Shown here in pieces: positions 1-10,710 of a stretch of 64,000 nt of DNA. Below the pieces are notes generated by a model that made no database searches, had not been told where the DNA came from, and worked only from the letters and a program-made list of their open reading frames with translations. Both the position numbers and the translations under genes were made by a program. Positions within the stretch are counted from its first letter, which is position 1. Every line of letters begins with the position of its first letter. The stretch spans positions 265,801 through 329,800 of IMG/VR virus record IMGVR_UViG_3300028840_008160; one strand, written 5' to 3'.

Positions 1-14
1 AGTAAGGGAGGCGT

Positions 15-266
15 ATGTCAAAACTATCATCATTACTTAAAGATGGTCAATCTGACAATTGGTCATCGACTAGATTTGCAATGTTATTTACAGTATTATT
101 GTCTAATATTGTTATTTTTGGTACATGGGCAGCAGTTTGTATTTTGAAGCAAGACATAATAATGATTCCCTCTAGTTTAATTACGTTGTATGGTCTTGCT
201 AATGGCATAATAGTAACTGGGAAAGTGACGCAAAAACATTTTGAAGGACAGCATACTAAAGTATGA
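15..266 (+). CDS. small two-TM membrane protein, possible holin
   Basis: 83 aa, two hydrophobic stretches, SSTRF before TM1, GKVTQKHFE after TM2; SD AAGGGAGG. Confidence 0.45.
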   Translation: MSKLSSLLKDGQSDNWSSTRFAMLFTVLLSNIVIFGTWAAVCILKQDIIMIPSSLITLYGLANGIIVTGKVTQKHFEGQHTKV

Positions 267-736
267 AGCATGTAGCTCAGATACAAACAGAATTTGCGAA
301 AGAAGCTATTAGTCGTTGGGAAAATCTGTCTTATGAGTCGCAAAAAGCATATTTGAGACGCCATCCTAAGACAAAGCGGCGCGTAACTATGCAACCTATT
401 AAAGGCACAAAACGACTTGTACGTAGAGCGCTTGACAAGTTTAACAGCTTGAAACGTTTTATGAACAGGTCTAGTAATAAGAAATATGGTTTGAATGAAG
501 TTAATACGCGAGAAAGAATGTATTCAATATTGACAAAGGCAATTAAAGGAAAAGATGTTAAGTTACTAGATGCTGCTGGTTGGGGCTTATGGTATGAAAA
601 TGAAAAAGATGTTGAGAATGTAACAACTCAACTTAACAATAAAGTACGTTCACTTATCAGATCTATTAAGAGTATACGCAACCAATTACATAGAGAAAAC
701 ATGAAAAAAATTAAAGAACAGGTGGAGGCTGTATGA
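263..736 (+). CDS. leader-family protein (leader + W-box + basic cargo)
   Basis: MKHVAQIQTEFAKEA-ISR-WENLSYESQKAYLRRHPKTKR. Confidence 0.85.
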   Translation: MKHVAQIQTEFAKEAISRWENLSYESQKAYLRRHPKTKRRVTMQPIKGTKRLVRRALDKFNSLKRFMNRSSNKKYGLNEVNTRERMYSILTKAIKGKDVKLLDAAGWGLWYENEKDVENVTTQLNNKVRSLIRSIKSIRNQLHRENMKKIKEQVEAV

Positions 737-2829
737 ATCACACTGCTCAAATTCAGAAAGAATTTGTAAAAGAGGCACGCAAGTGGGACGATCTTACGTA
801 TGAGGAACAAAAAGGATATCTTTCAAGGCATCCTGCTTCAAAAAGAAAGATAACTGCAAAGCAGGGTATGCCGTCAAAGAAAAAACTGAAAGAAAAACTT
901 GAGAAACGAATTCCTGGCAGTAAGAAAGAAAAAGTTGATGCAGCAACTACTGAAAGACAACAGAAATTAAAAGAGAGAGCTGAAGAACGAAAAAAAGAGA
1001 AAGACATTAGTAAGCGTCAACAAGAACGAGCTGTAAAAAAATCATATCCACCATCACCAGTTTTAGATAAAGCACTTGGTAAATTATATACAAAGTATGT
1101 TGCATTGTTTGAAGCTCATGGACCAATATCAAAATATAATGAATCTTCCCCAGTGACTGCAAAAATTAATCAAATGTGGAAAGCTGCTTTTCCAAGTGAA
1201 AAGATTGAAGGTGAATATGTTTTTGATGCAGTTGAACGTGAATTAGGGCTGGCATCAAAAAGTCATGGTCCTGGAAGAAAAAAGGGTAAACCTACACGTA
1301 AAACGTTACCGACTAAAGAAGAATTTATTGACGCGATGAAAGAAACGTTTATTAATACTGATCGCGAATATCCAAAAGTTGAGGGCGAAAAAGATCCTCT
1401 GATAGCTGAAAACAAAAAATATGGATTTAGTGAACCGATATCTGGTAGTGAAAGAACAAGACTTACAGCAATAGAAGAATCATTGCCAGATGACCAAAAG
1501 AAATTTGCTAAACATTTAGTTGTTAAAGATAGAACATATGGTGTAGATGATAGAGGTCATGATTGGAATGGTCAACGTGAACTAGTTGATACTAGTGATG
1601 ATAGACCTATTATCAAATCAACATATAACAGTCCAAATTATACTGACAAACGAGAAATTACACATTTTCTTGTGCCTATAACTAGTCGATTTGCTGTGAA
1701 AAACTGGGCTCGTGGAATAGGTGGATTAGAGTACGCGCAATTCGATACGCTTGAAAAAGCAAAAGCTGGTATGAGTCAATTGCCAGAACAAGAAACAAAA
1801 GCAAAACTTCGTAATGAAATAGAAGAACTAACAAAGAAGATTAACAAAACTTCTGAAACTATTATTAAAGAAGGATATGGTGAAAATGATCCACCATCTG
1901 GCAGTACTGTAAGAATGATTGCCAGATCAATTTTGGAAGCACCTCGAGAAGATGTGTATTCAACAAATTACAATTCGCAAGGAAAAGTTATTGGTAAATC
2001 GCTTTACAGAAAAGGTCGCGAATTTTTGTTGACTCCTGAACAACAAAAACAGGTTGTAAAAGTAATATCTAATCCGTCTTCTGCTAGTGCTGAAGATATT
2101 GTTGTAGCAAAAGAACACTTCGATTACTTTGTTGACGATTTAGAAAGTAATAAAGATTTACAATCTGAATATGATAAAAAGTATTTGAATAGATTTTTAC
2201 AGCACAAAGACAAATATAAGAAAGCAATTGATAAGATTGAACCAATTGTTATTTTAAGACAGAAGCTGTCAGACCAGCATGGTCATCAAACAAAAGAAGA
2301 TGTCAAACTTCCAGAAGGTTTTGAATTTGCTGATAAGCCGACAATGTCTCATGAATTTAGTGGAGCTGATTTCTTTGTGAAAAGTAAAGATGGTGATATT
2401 GAAATGGCAATAAGCACAAGTGAACCAGCTGTGGGTGGTTATTCGCCAGTTTATGGTGAAGTTTTCTATAAAGTACCAGGGCAAGACGGACTTTATACGC
2501 TTGGTCGAAGAGGAGTTGATTCTGGACTAGATGGCGACTGGAATGATGATGTCAATGATGTAATTAATGAAGCAATCGGACGAGTTAGAGAAAAACAGGA
2601 TAGAATATCAAGATCAGTAACTGTATCAGTGGGTAAGAGCTCTTGGCATGTTACACCAGAAAATTTAGAAAAAATGAAAGAAAAGCTTCGTAATGGTAAA
2701 ACTGTGACTTTCATGCCGCATGGTTTTGGCACAGGATATTATGTGAAAGCTAGACTGGGTCAACCAACAACTGAAACTGAACAAATATTTGGTTTGCCTA
2801 TATCTGTTAGTTCGTTTGACGCTGATTAA
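733..2829 (+). CDS. leader-family protein, 698 aa multidomain cargo
   Basis: MNHTAQIQKEFVKEA-RK-WDDLTYEEQKGYLSRHPASKR; ATGA overlap with upstream gene. Confidence 0.85.
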   Translation: MNHTAQIQKEFVKEARKWDDLTYEEQKGYLSRHPASKRKITAKQGMPSKKKLKEKLEKRIPGSKKEKVDAATTERQQKLKERAEERKKEKDISKRQQERAVKKSYPPSPVLDKALGKLYTKYVALFEAHGPISKYNESSPVTAKINQMWKAAFPSEKIEGEYVFDAVERELGLASKSHGPGRKKGKPTRKTLPTKEEFIDAMKETFINTDREYPKVEGEKDPLIAENKKYGFSEPISGSERTRLTAIEESLPDDQKKFAKHLVVKDRTYGVDDRGHDWNGQRELVDTSDDRPIIKSTYNSPNYTDKREITHFLVPITSRFAVKNWARGIGGLEYAQFDTLEKAKAGMSQLPEQETKAKLRNEIEELTKKINKTSETIIKEGYGENDPPSGSTVRMIARSILEAPREDVYSTNYNSQGKVIGKSLYRKGREFLLTPEQQKQVVKVISNPSSASAEDIVVAKEHFDYFVDDLESNKDLQSEYDKKYLNRFLQHKDKYKKAIDKIEPIVILRQKLSDQHGHQTKEDVKLPEGFEFADKPTMSHEFSGADFFVKSKDGDIEMAISTSEPAVGGYSPVYGEVFYKVPGQDGLYTLGRRGVDSGLDGDWNDDVNDVINEAIGRVREKQDRISRSVTVSVGKSSWHVTPENLEKMKEKLRNGKTVTFMPHGFGTGYYVKARLGQPTTETEQIFGLPISVSSFDAD

Positions 2830-2855
2830 CTATCTTGTAAACTGGTTTGTAAATT

Positions 2856-2885
2856 GAGCTGCTATTTTTTAGCAGCTCTTTTTTT
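2856..2885 (+). terminator. intrinsic terminator
   Basis: GAGCTGCTA-TTTTT-TAGCAGCTC then T7. Confidence 0.85.
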
Positions 2886-3205
2886 GTCATCTAATATTTA
2901 TTAGTTATGCTAAACTATTAGCAAAAAGTTGCAGTTTTTCATATTCAATGTAATGTAACTTACTGTCAAAAAGGAGGTTTTGGTTCATTATAGACATGTT
3001 GGATTATACTTTGATAAAAGCACTAATTGTATAGGATTCAAATATTGAAAATTGAAGACAAGAACTGTAAACAATTCACTAAGAGCAATAATAGCTTTAG
3101 TAAGTTTTTTAATTACTATAGATTACGATACTATTGAAAACAACAAGGTTCAAATTACAAGAAAATGATGAGCAAATTATATTTATCAGATACAAGGAGT
3201 GTTGA

Positions 3206-3400
3206 ATGCATATTAAAATAGATGGAGATAAACGATTAGTGTCAATGAATGGTGAAGAGCTGGCTGATACATTATTAACTCGATATAAAGCGTCACAAGG
3301 CATTGTGAATTTTAGATTGTTAGTTGATCCGTCTAATATTAAAGTTGAGACAAAAGACGGTAAAATCTCTGACGTGCGATTTGTTGTTACTAGTGAATAA
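3206..3400 (+). CDS. hypothetical protein
   Basis: 64 aa ORF with SD AAGGAG. Confidence 0.65.
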   Translation: MHIKIDGDKRLVSMNGEELADTLLTRYKASQGIVNFRLLVDPSNIKVETKDGKISDVRFVVTSE

Positions 3401-3626
3401 TAAAGCAATATATCTCATTCAAATTGAACAGATTAGAAATGTCTCTAAAGATGTGACTCAAGATGGTATTGAGAAATATGTTGAGATGCTAAAGAATGAT
3501 AAACTAATCCAGCCGATTGTTGTCAAGAAAATTACAGAAGATTTGTATATGCTAAAAGATGGTTCCCACAGAATTTGTGCGCATTTACAATGCGGAAAAG
3601 ATTCAGTTTTAGCACATATCATATAA
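3393..3626 (+). CDS. ParB/Sulfiredoxin N-terminal-like domain protein
   Basis: QPIVVKK...YMLKDGSHRICA motif; GTG 3393 preferred over track start 3324. Confidence 0.7.
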   Translation: MNNKAIYLIQIEQIRNVSKDVTQDGIEKYVEMLKNDKLIQPIVVKKITEDLYMLKDGSHRICAHLQCGKDSVLAHII

Positions 3627-3635
3627 GGAGATGAC

Positions 3636-3995
3636 ATGAGTGACCTATTACAATTTAAAGCAGCAAGCGGCCATGTTTTCTTTTTAGATAATTTGATTGC
3701 GTTTGTCATTGGAACTGCATCTATGATGTATTTGTGTTGGATGACAGTAAAGAAGCAGTATGACAAAATATTTCATTGTGTATTGAGTGCGCTTATTACA
3801 TTTGTAATAGGTTATGTTCTTCAGATTATTGGTTGGCCGTGGTGGATAGCACCGATAGTGGCTTTAACTATCGGCTTCAGTAAAGAAATGGCTGACAAGC
3901 TCAATAAGAAAAAACAATTATTTGATTGGTTTGACATTGTGGCTGATGTTATTGGCATCACTTCAGTGACAATACCATATTTAGTATTGAAATGA
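3636..3995 (+). CDS. multi-pass membrane protein (VanZ/YfiM-like)
   Basis: DKIFH...KEMAD...FDWFDIVAD pattern between TM helices. Confidence 0.55.
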   Translation: MSDLLQFKAASGHVFFLDNLIAFVIGTASMMYLCWMTVKKQYDKIFHCVLSALITFVIGYVLQIIGWPWWIAPIVALTIGFSKEMADKLNKKKQLFDWFDIVADVIGITSVTIPYLVLK

Positions 3996-4423
3996 ATTAT
4001 AGTTATTCTGACTGGTGTATGCATTATTATGGATATGAACTGAACGAGGAATGTTTGTTAGAACAAGAAGAATCTAGTTTAAGACGAGATGCATTCTTTT
4101 CTGGAATACGAAGTCAAGTATATAAAAACGTTTGTAAAGGTGTAGATGGACGATATCAGTGGAATTTAGTTTCAGGTAAACGACATTACAGAAAAGATGG
4201 TAGTAAAATTCATTTAGCAAAAGAGACGACATCAGTCTTGTCACGAATTTTTGAACGTTTTAATGAGACAGAGGGTCGTGATTTACTGTTTGAATTGAAT
4301 ATCAGTGTGCCAGAAAATGAAGATGATGTTATTGAATGGATATCAAATGCTTTACCAAAAAGAGAAATTTCTGCTAGAGCGTTTAGATTTGTGTTAGCTA
4401 AATATAAAAAACAATTTTGTTGA
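3992..4423 (+). CDS. hypothetical protein
   Basis: 143 aa ORF, ATGA coupling. Confidence 0.65.
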   Translation: MNYSYSDWCMHYYGYELNEECLLEQEESSLRRDAFFSGIRSQVYKNVCKGVDGRYQWNLVSGKRHYRKDGSKIHLAKETTSVLSRIFERFNETEGRDLLFELNISVPENEDDVIEWISNALPKREISARAFRFVLAKYKKQFC

Positions 4424-4471
4424 AAAGAGTCAACAGTTCTAGCAGTTATGTGTTTGGTCTATTAATAGGAG

Positions 4472-4735
4472 GTGATTATGTTAGACGTCGACATTAAACC
4501 TGGTACAACAAAAGCAAAACTTCATTTGCGTGATCGTAATAGTTTAATTAGTGTTACTAGTGAAATTATGCGAAATGGTCTATTGGGACCCATTGTTCAA
4601 GGTGCGCCATTTTTATCAATTACTTGCGACTGTGGCAAAATGTTTGAATACAAAACAGATCGTGATGTACCTTGCAGCAATGTCAAATGTGATTGTGGTG
4701 CGCAAATTATTCTTTATGATGCAGAGCTTATATGA
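4472..4735 (+). CDS. small Cys-containing putative Zn-binding protein
   Basis: two CDCG motifs; SD AGGAGG. Confidence 0.6.
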   Translation: MIMLDVDIKPGTTKAKLHLRDRNSLISVTSEIMRNGLLGPIVQGAPFLSITCDCGKMFEYKTDRDVPCSNVKCDCGAQIILYDAELI

Positions 4736-4871
4736 GTGATATTGTGTTCGATAGACAAAATGGAAAATACACATGTCTTGACTTTACAAGACAAATGACA
4801 AATGATTGTTCTGAATGTAAAAATTGGAATCAGTTCGATTTATTTACAGATAATGATTGAAAGTATGAAAG

Positions 4872-5456
4872 ATGCAATGGGAAGTTCTTGATTTTGTAGA
4901 ATTCTGTAGATCTGTGCCAAAACATGGTTTAGTTGTTGCATCTAGCGGCAATGCTTCTTGTAGGTGTGGCGACGAATCTAATAGATTTATGATTACTAGA
5001 TCAGGCTTGTGGCTTGAAAATATGACAGAAGATGATGTCGCATTCATTCAAGATAATGAAACCTCTAATAATCCGTCAATGGAATTGCCTGTACATCTTG
5101 CTATCTATAATCGACGACCTGAAGCTAAAGTAATTCTTCATTTTCAATCACTTGCAGCTACAGCAATTGCGTGTATAAGGATAATGAATATCCCATTTTG
5201 TATCATTCCTGAAATCAAATACTATTTCAACAAAATCACTTCAATTGGTTATGCAAAACCCGGATCAATTAATCTCATTAATCTTATGACTGTGGCATTT
5301 AAAGAAGCTGATATTGTGCTTGCAGATAATCATGGACAGTTTGTTATTGGAGAATCATTTGAACATGTATTAAGACGAGCTATATTTTTTGAATTTGCTT
5401 GTAACTTGCTTCTTAAGATTGGAGTTGACAATTGGTCAAAAGTGAAAACAATATGA
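4872..5456 (+). CDS. class II aldolase/adducin family protein
   Basis: SGNAS, ITRSG, PSMELPVHLAIY, ILHFQS, NHG motifs. Confidence 0.85.
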   Translation: MQWEVLDFVEFCRSVPKHGLVVASSGNASCRCGDESNRFMITRSGLWLENMTEDDVAFIQDNETSNNPSMELPVHLAIYNRRPEAKVILHFQSLAATAIACIRIMNIPFCIIPEIKYYFNKITSIGYAKPGSINLINLMTVAFKEADIVLADNHGQFVIGESFEHVLRRAIFFEFACNLLLKIGVDNWSKVKTI

Positions 5457-5465
5457 TGCTTTATC

Positions 5466-5627
5466 ATGCTTGATAGAATATGTAAATTTGAAGTGGCTGC
5501 TGAGATGCTAGACAACGCTGTAGAATTGGCCAAAGTTTAGTTGCTTACAAATGGAACGATTGACATCAACAATCAAAGTGTGACTATTATGGCAATCATA
5601 TCGAGAGAAAAGGAGATATATGATTGA
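5466..5627 (+). pseudogene. small ORF interrupted by in-frame TAG (5538-5540)
   Basis: reading through the TAG gives a 53-codon frame ending in an 8-nt overlap with the next ATG. Confidence 0.35.
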
Positions 5628-6078
5628 ACAGACATATACGATTGAACAGATGCTAAAAGTAATTGATGCAGCTTGCAAAAATTTGATAGAATACAAAGAA
5701 AGATCAAGTGAAGAATTTGCAGAAGCAATGAAGCAAATAATTATAAATACTGCAAAACATTTATTTTCTGTTGAAGAAGATCAAATAAAATTCAAGCAAG
5801 ATCCTAATGATGATAAAATAGCGATTATACCGGCAAATCTTTATACGTTATTACTTATGAGAGGTATCGTTCTACCATTTTCATATGTAGAAAAACATAA
5901 ACGTATTAATGATAATGAAGAAGTTGAATTAGATATTCCTGCAAACATACCATATTATAGTGGTCATACGATGGTATTTAAACCAGATTCGGCAAATCAT
6001 TATTTGCGACTTAATAAAGCTCTACAATATATCAAGCTAGATGTCACATTAAATTCAACATCATTACGCGCAGATTGA
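5620..6078 (+). CDS. hypothetical protein
   Basis: 152 aa ORF with SD AAGGAG. Confidence 0.7.
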   Translation: MIEQTYTIEQMLKVIDAACKNLIEYKERSSEEFAEAMKQIIINTAKHLFSVEEDQIKFKQDPNDDKIAIIPANLYTLLLMRGIVLPFSYVEKHKRINDNEEVELDIPANIPYYSGHTMVFKPDSANHYLRLNKALQYIKLDVTLNSTSLRAD

Positions 6079-6145
6079 TAAGAAGCTACAATAAAATCTC
6101 TTCAAGACAGATTTATTCTACTTAAATCACTAGTTTCATTTCATT

Positions 6146-6165
6146 TGATAGATTACTATCTATCA
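6146..6165 (+). promoter_or_regulatory. hairpin overlapping start codon of a leader-family gene
   Basis: TGATAGA-TTACTA-TCTATCA perfect 7-bp inverted repeat including the A of ATG 6165. Confidence 0.45.
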
Positions 6166-6509
6166 TGAAATATTTAGCTCAAATACAAGCTGAATTTCTT
6201 AAGTTGTCGCGGTCATTTGAAGAAATGACTATGGAACAACAACAAGAATATCTAAATATGCATCCTAGATCTAAAAAGTCACTTAGGGGTCAAGCGTTAA
6301 ACATTGCGCGTAAATTAGGATTGTATTACAACGGTTATCAACCAGAAATTCATGCGTTCATGTTTACAGAACCCGAAACTGAATCATCGTTTTATGCAAG
6401 AAATTTTGAAGAAGCTGAACATAAGATTCATGAAAAATGCGTGCTTTTTGGTCTTAAACATGCGTCTATCATCAAGCATGAGTATAAGTATCTCGCTACG
6501 CATTGTTAA
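6165..6509 (+). CDS. leader-family protein
   Basis: MKYLAQIQAEFLKLS-RS-FEEMTMEQQQEYLNMHPRSKK. Confidence 0.85.
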   Translation: MKYLAQIQAEFLKLSRSFEEMTMEQQQEYLNMHPRSKKSLRGQALNIARKLGLYYNGYQPEIHAFMFTEPETESSFYARNFEEAEHKIHEKCVLFGLKHASIIKHEYKYLATHC

Positions 6510-6580
6510 ATATATGATCCAGGCAATCTTGAAATGATGCAAGATCTTAAAAGGAAAATAAAAGAGATGAGGAGTTAGTT

Positions 6581-7726
6581 GTGAATCATAAAGCACTTAT
6601 TCAACAAGAATTCGAGAAAGTAGCACGTAAGTGGAATGATCTTACGTTGGAAGAGCAAAAAGCGTATCTTAAGAGACATCCTGCATCTAAACGTCGGCTT
6701 ACTGCTAAACCAAGAAGTAAGATACTAACTAAAAGTGAAGAATTAAAAAGAAAAATGCCTAGTCAAAGGATTAAAGAACGTAGGACAAAAGTTAAGCTGG
6801 ATGAGATGCGAGGTGTCGCAAGATTTCATGATCATCTTAGTCGACTTGAAAAATTAGCTGACAAAAATAGTTTAAACCGGCAAAAACTCGTATGGGTTCT
6901 TAATAATGCTCTTAAAAGTAAACGGCCTAGTGGTGGTAAACCAAGAACATATGGTATGTATGATTGGGGTAAAAATAAAGAAGTAGCTAAGAAGCTAGAT
7001 GTTGTTGTCAATAAAATAGCAGATGCTGTTAATGACATGGATGATAGACATTATGGTGCTAATAAAGCTGCTAAAGAATGGATCAACAATCATTTTTATG
7101 TTGAACGTAATGTAAGTGGTAAGAAAACTCCAAAAAGTATTAAAGAAATACGAGAATCAAAACCAAAGAAGTCAAAAGTAGTGAAGAAAAGTAAGACACC
7201 TGAGCATGTGACTACTGGTGATCGTGTAAGTTTTAGTTCTCGCAAAGGTCATATTGAAGGAACAATTACTGACGTTAGACATGGTAATAAATACATTAAG
7301 TATTTAGTCGAAACAGATGATGGACAACATTGGTGGGTAAAACGTCGTGAATCTGGTTATGCTCATGCTGGAATGAAATATTTAGGTAAAACATCTGAAA
7401 AAGATGCTAAACGGCTTCAGACTAACAGACAAGAATTTGATCAAGCATTGCAACACGAAAAACATGAGCGAACTCTCGATGGTCGAGAAAAACTTGAGCA
7501 GTTAGGTGTTCAAAGAGGTGACACAGTAACAATTAAAGGCACTAGATATAATTGGACAGCAAAAGTTATGGATATAGATTATCACAAAGGTGGTGTACGG
7601 ATAGATCAAGAAAGAACTAGACGTCAACGAGGCAGTTGGTTTAGTGATGTTCCTGGAAAGGTGACAACGCATTATAGATTTATACCTGCAAGGTTTATAA
7701 TAAGTTCAAGGAGAGAGGAGATTTGA
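6581..7726 (+). CDS. leader-family protein with two C-terminal SH3/KOW-like barrels
   Basis: MNHKALIQQEFEKVA-RK-WNDLTLEEQKAYLKRHPASKR; TGDRVSF..GTITDV and RGDTVTI..AKVMDID. Confidence 0.8.
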   Translation: MNHKALIQQEFEKVARKWNDLTLEEQKAYLKRHPASKRRLTAKPRSKILTKSEELKRKMPSQRIKERRTKVKLDEMRGVARFHDHLSRLEKLADKNSLNRQKLVWVLNNALKSKRPSGGKPRTYGMYDWGKNKEVAKKLDVVVNKIADAVNDMDDRHYGANKAAKEWINNHFYVERNVSGKKTPKSIKEIRESKPKKSKVVKKSKTPEHVTTGDRVSFSSRKGHIEGTITDVRHGNKYIKYLVETDDGQHWWVKRRESGYAHAGMKYLGKTSEKDAKRLQTNRQEFDQALQHEKHERTLDGREKLEQLGVQRGDTVTIKGTRYNWTAKVMDIDYHKGGVRIDQERTRRQRGSWFSDVPGKVTTHYRFIPARFIISSRREEI

Positions 7727-7811
7727 GCGTTGACATTAGTGATGAGCCCAAGAGTTGACTGAATTCTTTTTAATTTGCAGAACAGTTTCTCAAAAGAAAT
7801 GGAGCTAACGT

Positions 7812-9620
7812 ATGGCAACATTTTATGTAGATATTGATGACAGTTTTACGCAGGCAGTGGATGCGGATGGTACGCCGTCTAAGCCGTATGATTATAATTG
7901 GTTTACGGGCCCCGCGCCTGCAGGCACACATACTTTTTACTTTCGCGGCAGCAGGACGCTATCAACGAACTTTGCATATAATCCAGCTTTTCAGTTATCA
8001 AGCGTACTTCCTTGGGATATGTCACTATACGGGCCTTGGCGTATAAATGGTGGTTCAAGTTATGAGATGTACATAACAGCTACAATGAAAGGCGGGATAA
8101 TATATTGTCCACGTATACATAGCGCAAGTGGGCCGCCTATGTCTGTTCCAATAGTACTTGAAGATTTATTTATTAACGCTCGATTCGACTTCGACAATCA
8201 GCAGTCGACACCTAATTACCCTACATTTCGTCGTTGTACTGTCTATAACGCAGATATCGCCTCTCAAATTGCAGCTATTTCAGCAGACACATGTGGGGCT
8301 TTTGACAGCTCTCTCTTAAATTGTGGTCTTATTGATAACAACGGGAATATGTTTGGTTCTGTTGACATGTCTGGGACTGCGTCTACAAAAGCTGGATTTA
8401 ACTCTCAGTTTGTTTGGGACGGGGGTCTAGATCCCTACTTAACTCTCAACGATCTTGGCGGAAATGTTTGGGGCGCAACACTTGAGAAATCTCTACCAGC
8501 ATGGGATAGCACGAATCTAACAGATTTTAATTTATTAGATGGTTATGGTGTTGGGGCTACAGGAAGCTGGGCGACAACAACAGCACCAAATTGGGCTTCA
8601 ACATATCCAAAAACTGGTACTATTGGTGGAACGTCTGTAGAGATTTTGTCACAAACAGATATGGACGGAACTTCGTATGCAGTTGTAGCACCTGATGGTG
8701 CAAGCGCACCAACTGCTCAGCAAGTAAAAGATGGCGAAGATAGTACAGGAACGCCTGTTGCTGCTGGTTTTGCTAATTCAGTAGCTTTAATAGCTGATAC
8801 AGAAGCAAATATGTTTTTAACTAATTTGGTATCAGAGACTGCTTATGATATTTATGTTGTAGCTGAAGGTGCATTATTACAAGATAATCCTATTAAGCTA
8901 GATGTAACAACTAGCGATATTACTGATCCTATCAACGCAGCTGGTTATCCGAAAGTAAATACGCTTGGTGAGACGACAGCCTCGTTTTTGACTAAAACCA
9001 ATGAAAATGGTATGGCTTATGTGGTGATAATACCAAGAGGAGCTAATAGTCCTACATCGGTGCAAGTGAAAGCTGGACAAGATAGTACGGGAACGTCAGT
9101 AGCTGCTGGATTTTCTGGATCTGCTTCGTTAGTAGCAAATACAGAAGCTACGTTAAATGTATCAAATTTATCTATAGGTACTCGATATGATGCATATATC
9201 GTTGCTGAAGACGCGCCGTATAATTTGCAAGATTCACCGATTAAAGTTGAATTTTCAACGATACCAAAAATTGTAAGTCAAATGAACGTGCCAAAGTCAT
9301 ATATTGGATCGTATGTTGTGATTAATGTAAATGGGCTTATTGTTACAACAGATAAAACGTATCCTGGGTCATTTACTATTGATGTAGAAGTTGGTAATCA
9401 ATATGAGATCGTACCATATACAGGATTAGACGCGACTGATGTAAAAGTTAGAATAAAAGTGTTGTCGCAGACTAATGATGAATGTCTTGTTTTAATAAAA
9501 GTAAATGATGGTGAGAATGATAGTAATACATTCTATTATAAGATTGTTATTGTAGCTGGAACAGAGAAGCCAAAGACAAAACCCGTGGGTTATGGCATTG
9601 ATGTAACAACTAGACAATAA
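7812..9620 (+). CDS. putative virion appendage/adhesion protein with two FN3-like repeats
   Basis: N-terminal YVD...DGT..PY beta-helix-like opening; two ~110-aa repeats (YP...APT..QVK.G.DSTGT.VAAGF...YD.Y.VAE...LQD.PIK); no signal peptide. Confidence 0.55.
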   Translation: MATFYVDIDDSFTQAVDADGTPSKPYDYNWFTGPAPAGTHTFYFRGSRTLSTNFAYNPAFQLSSVLPWDMSLYGPWRINGGSSYEMYITATMKGGIIYCPRIHSASGPPMSVPIVLEDLFINARFDFDNQQSTPNYPTFRRCTVYNADIASQIAAISADTCGAFDSSLLNCGLIDNNGNMFGSVDMSGTASTKAGFNSQFVWDGGLDPYLTLNDLGGNVWGATLEKSLPAWDSTNLTDFNLLDGYGVGATGSWATTTAPNWASTYPKTGTIGGTSVEILSQTDMDGTSYAVVAPDGASAPTAQQVKDGEDSTGTPVAAGFANSVALIADTEANMFLTNLVSETAYDIYVVAEGALLQDNPIKLDVTTSDITDPINAAGYPKVNTLGETTASFLTKTNENGMAYVVIIPRGANSPTSVQVKAGQDSTGTSVAAGFSGSASLVANTEATLNVSNLSIGTRYDAYIVAEDAPYNLQDSPIKVEFSTIPKIVSQMNVPKSYIGSYVVINVNGLIVTTDKTYPGSFTIDVEVGNQYEIVPYTGLDATDVKVRIKVLSQTNDECLVLIKVNDGENDSNTFYYKIVIVAGTEKPKTKPVGYGIDVTTRQ

Positions 9621-9794
9621 AATATGATATTAATTATTACAGCGATATTGTAATCAAGATATTTGTTATACATCTATATTCTTGATACAATGTTCTTGCA
9701 TCACCTACAATTCATTGCAATGGCTTAAGAATAATAGACTTAATGATAATAAGTTGTTAGCACAAATTGAACGAAGTGTTATGACGGGCATAAC

Positions 9795-10259
9795 ATGAAA
9801 CATTTTGCCAAGATACAACAAGAGTTCATTGAATAGATCTTCGCTAAAGATGGTTCAATAGAGAAGATTATTAATGGTGATTTAGAATTGGTTTGTGTGC
9901 CTGAAGATGAGACAAAAGATCATGTTAGTGGATCAGAAGCTAACAAGAATATGGTAAATCGTGTTATCTATATTAACAAACCAATTAAAGAAGTTGCTGA
10001 AAAATTTGATATCAAACTTTGTTTATGCCGTTGTAAAATGCAACAAGCAAGTGATACAGGAAATAAAGTTGCATTATATCACGGAAATGGCACTTTACCA
10101 GGTGGGTTTAGATATTGGATAGCTAATGAGCGATCTGATCTAGAAAATCAAGGATTTCTTGAGAACTCAACTCAATTTTGTTGGTTAAAACCTCATAAAG
10201 TTGCATCTACAAATAAGAATGACAAGAAATTACTAATTCAATTGAGTGGAAAGTTATAG
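9795..10259 (+). pseudogene. leader-family gene with TAG after codon 13
   Basis: MKHFAKIQQEFIE then TAG 9834-9836, then an open frame continuous with track ORF 9888..10259. Confidence 0.65.
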
Positions 10260-10350
10260 CAGGCATAATGTGAGATCATTAATTTTGGGTTATGGCAGAT
10301 TATTAGAAGTCATTTGATAGATAGATTACTATTATATGAAAAATACATAA

Positions 10351-10710
10351 TTAAACAAAATATTTAACTTCTTGCAAGTCAGAATCTTTATTAAGTTGTT
10401 GTTTTATTTCAGATCGCAATTTATTTAGAATTATAATTCGTTTACTTACATCTGCGAATACGACGTCAGGCATTCTATCAGATAGTTTGTGATATTGAAC
10501 TGCTATTAATCTCCACAATTCTCTGTTGATTTCAAACAGTTTCCAAAATTCTTCATGGTATTTATCAATTATTGTAGGATGAAGTTTGTACAACTCATTG
10601 AGTTCTTTGAAGACACTTTCTGGGACGTCTGTAATATTTCTACTTTTAATTTCTAAAATAGTTACTTTATCAATAAATTCGCCAATTGAGATTGGACACA
10701 TGAGCTTCAT
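10351..10710 (-). CDS. DUF6165-like protein
   Basis: PISIGEFIDKVTILEIK...ELW...N..RSEIKQ...S.LQEVK; coupled to GT9 gene. Confidence 0.65.
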   Translation of the reverse strand: MKLMCPISIGEFIDKVTILEIKSRNITDVPESVFKELNELYKLHPTIIDKYHEEFWKLFEINRELWRLIAVQYHKLSDRMPDVVFADVSKRIIILNKLRSEIKQQLNKDSDLQEVKYFV

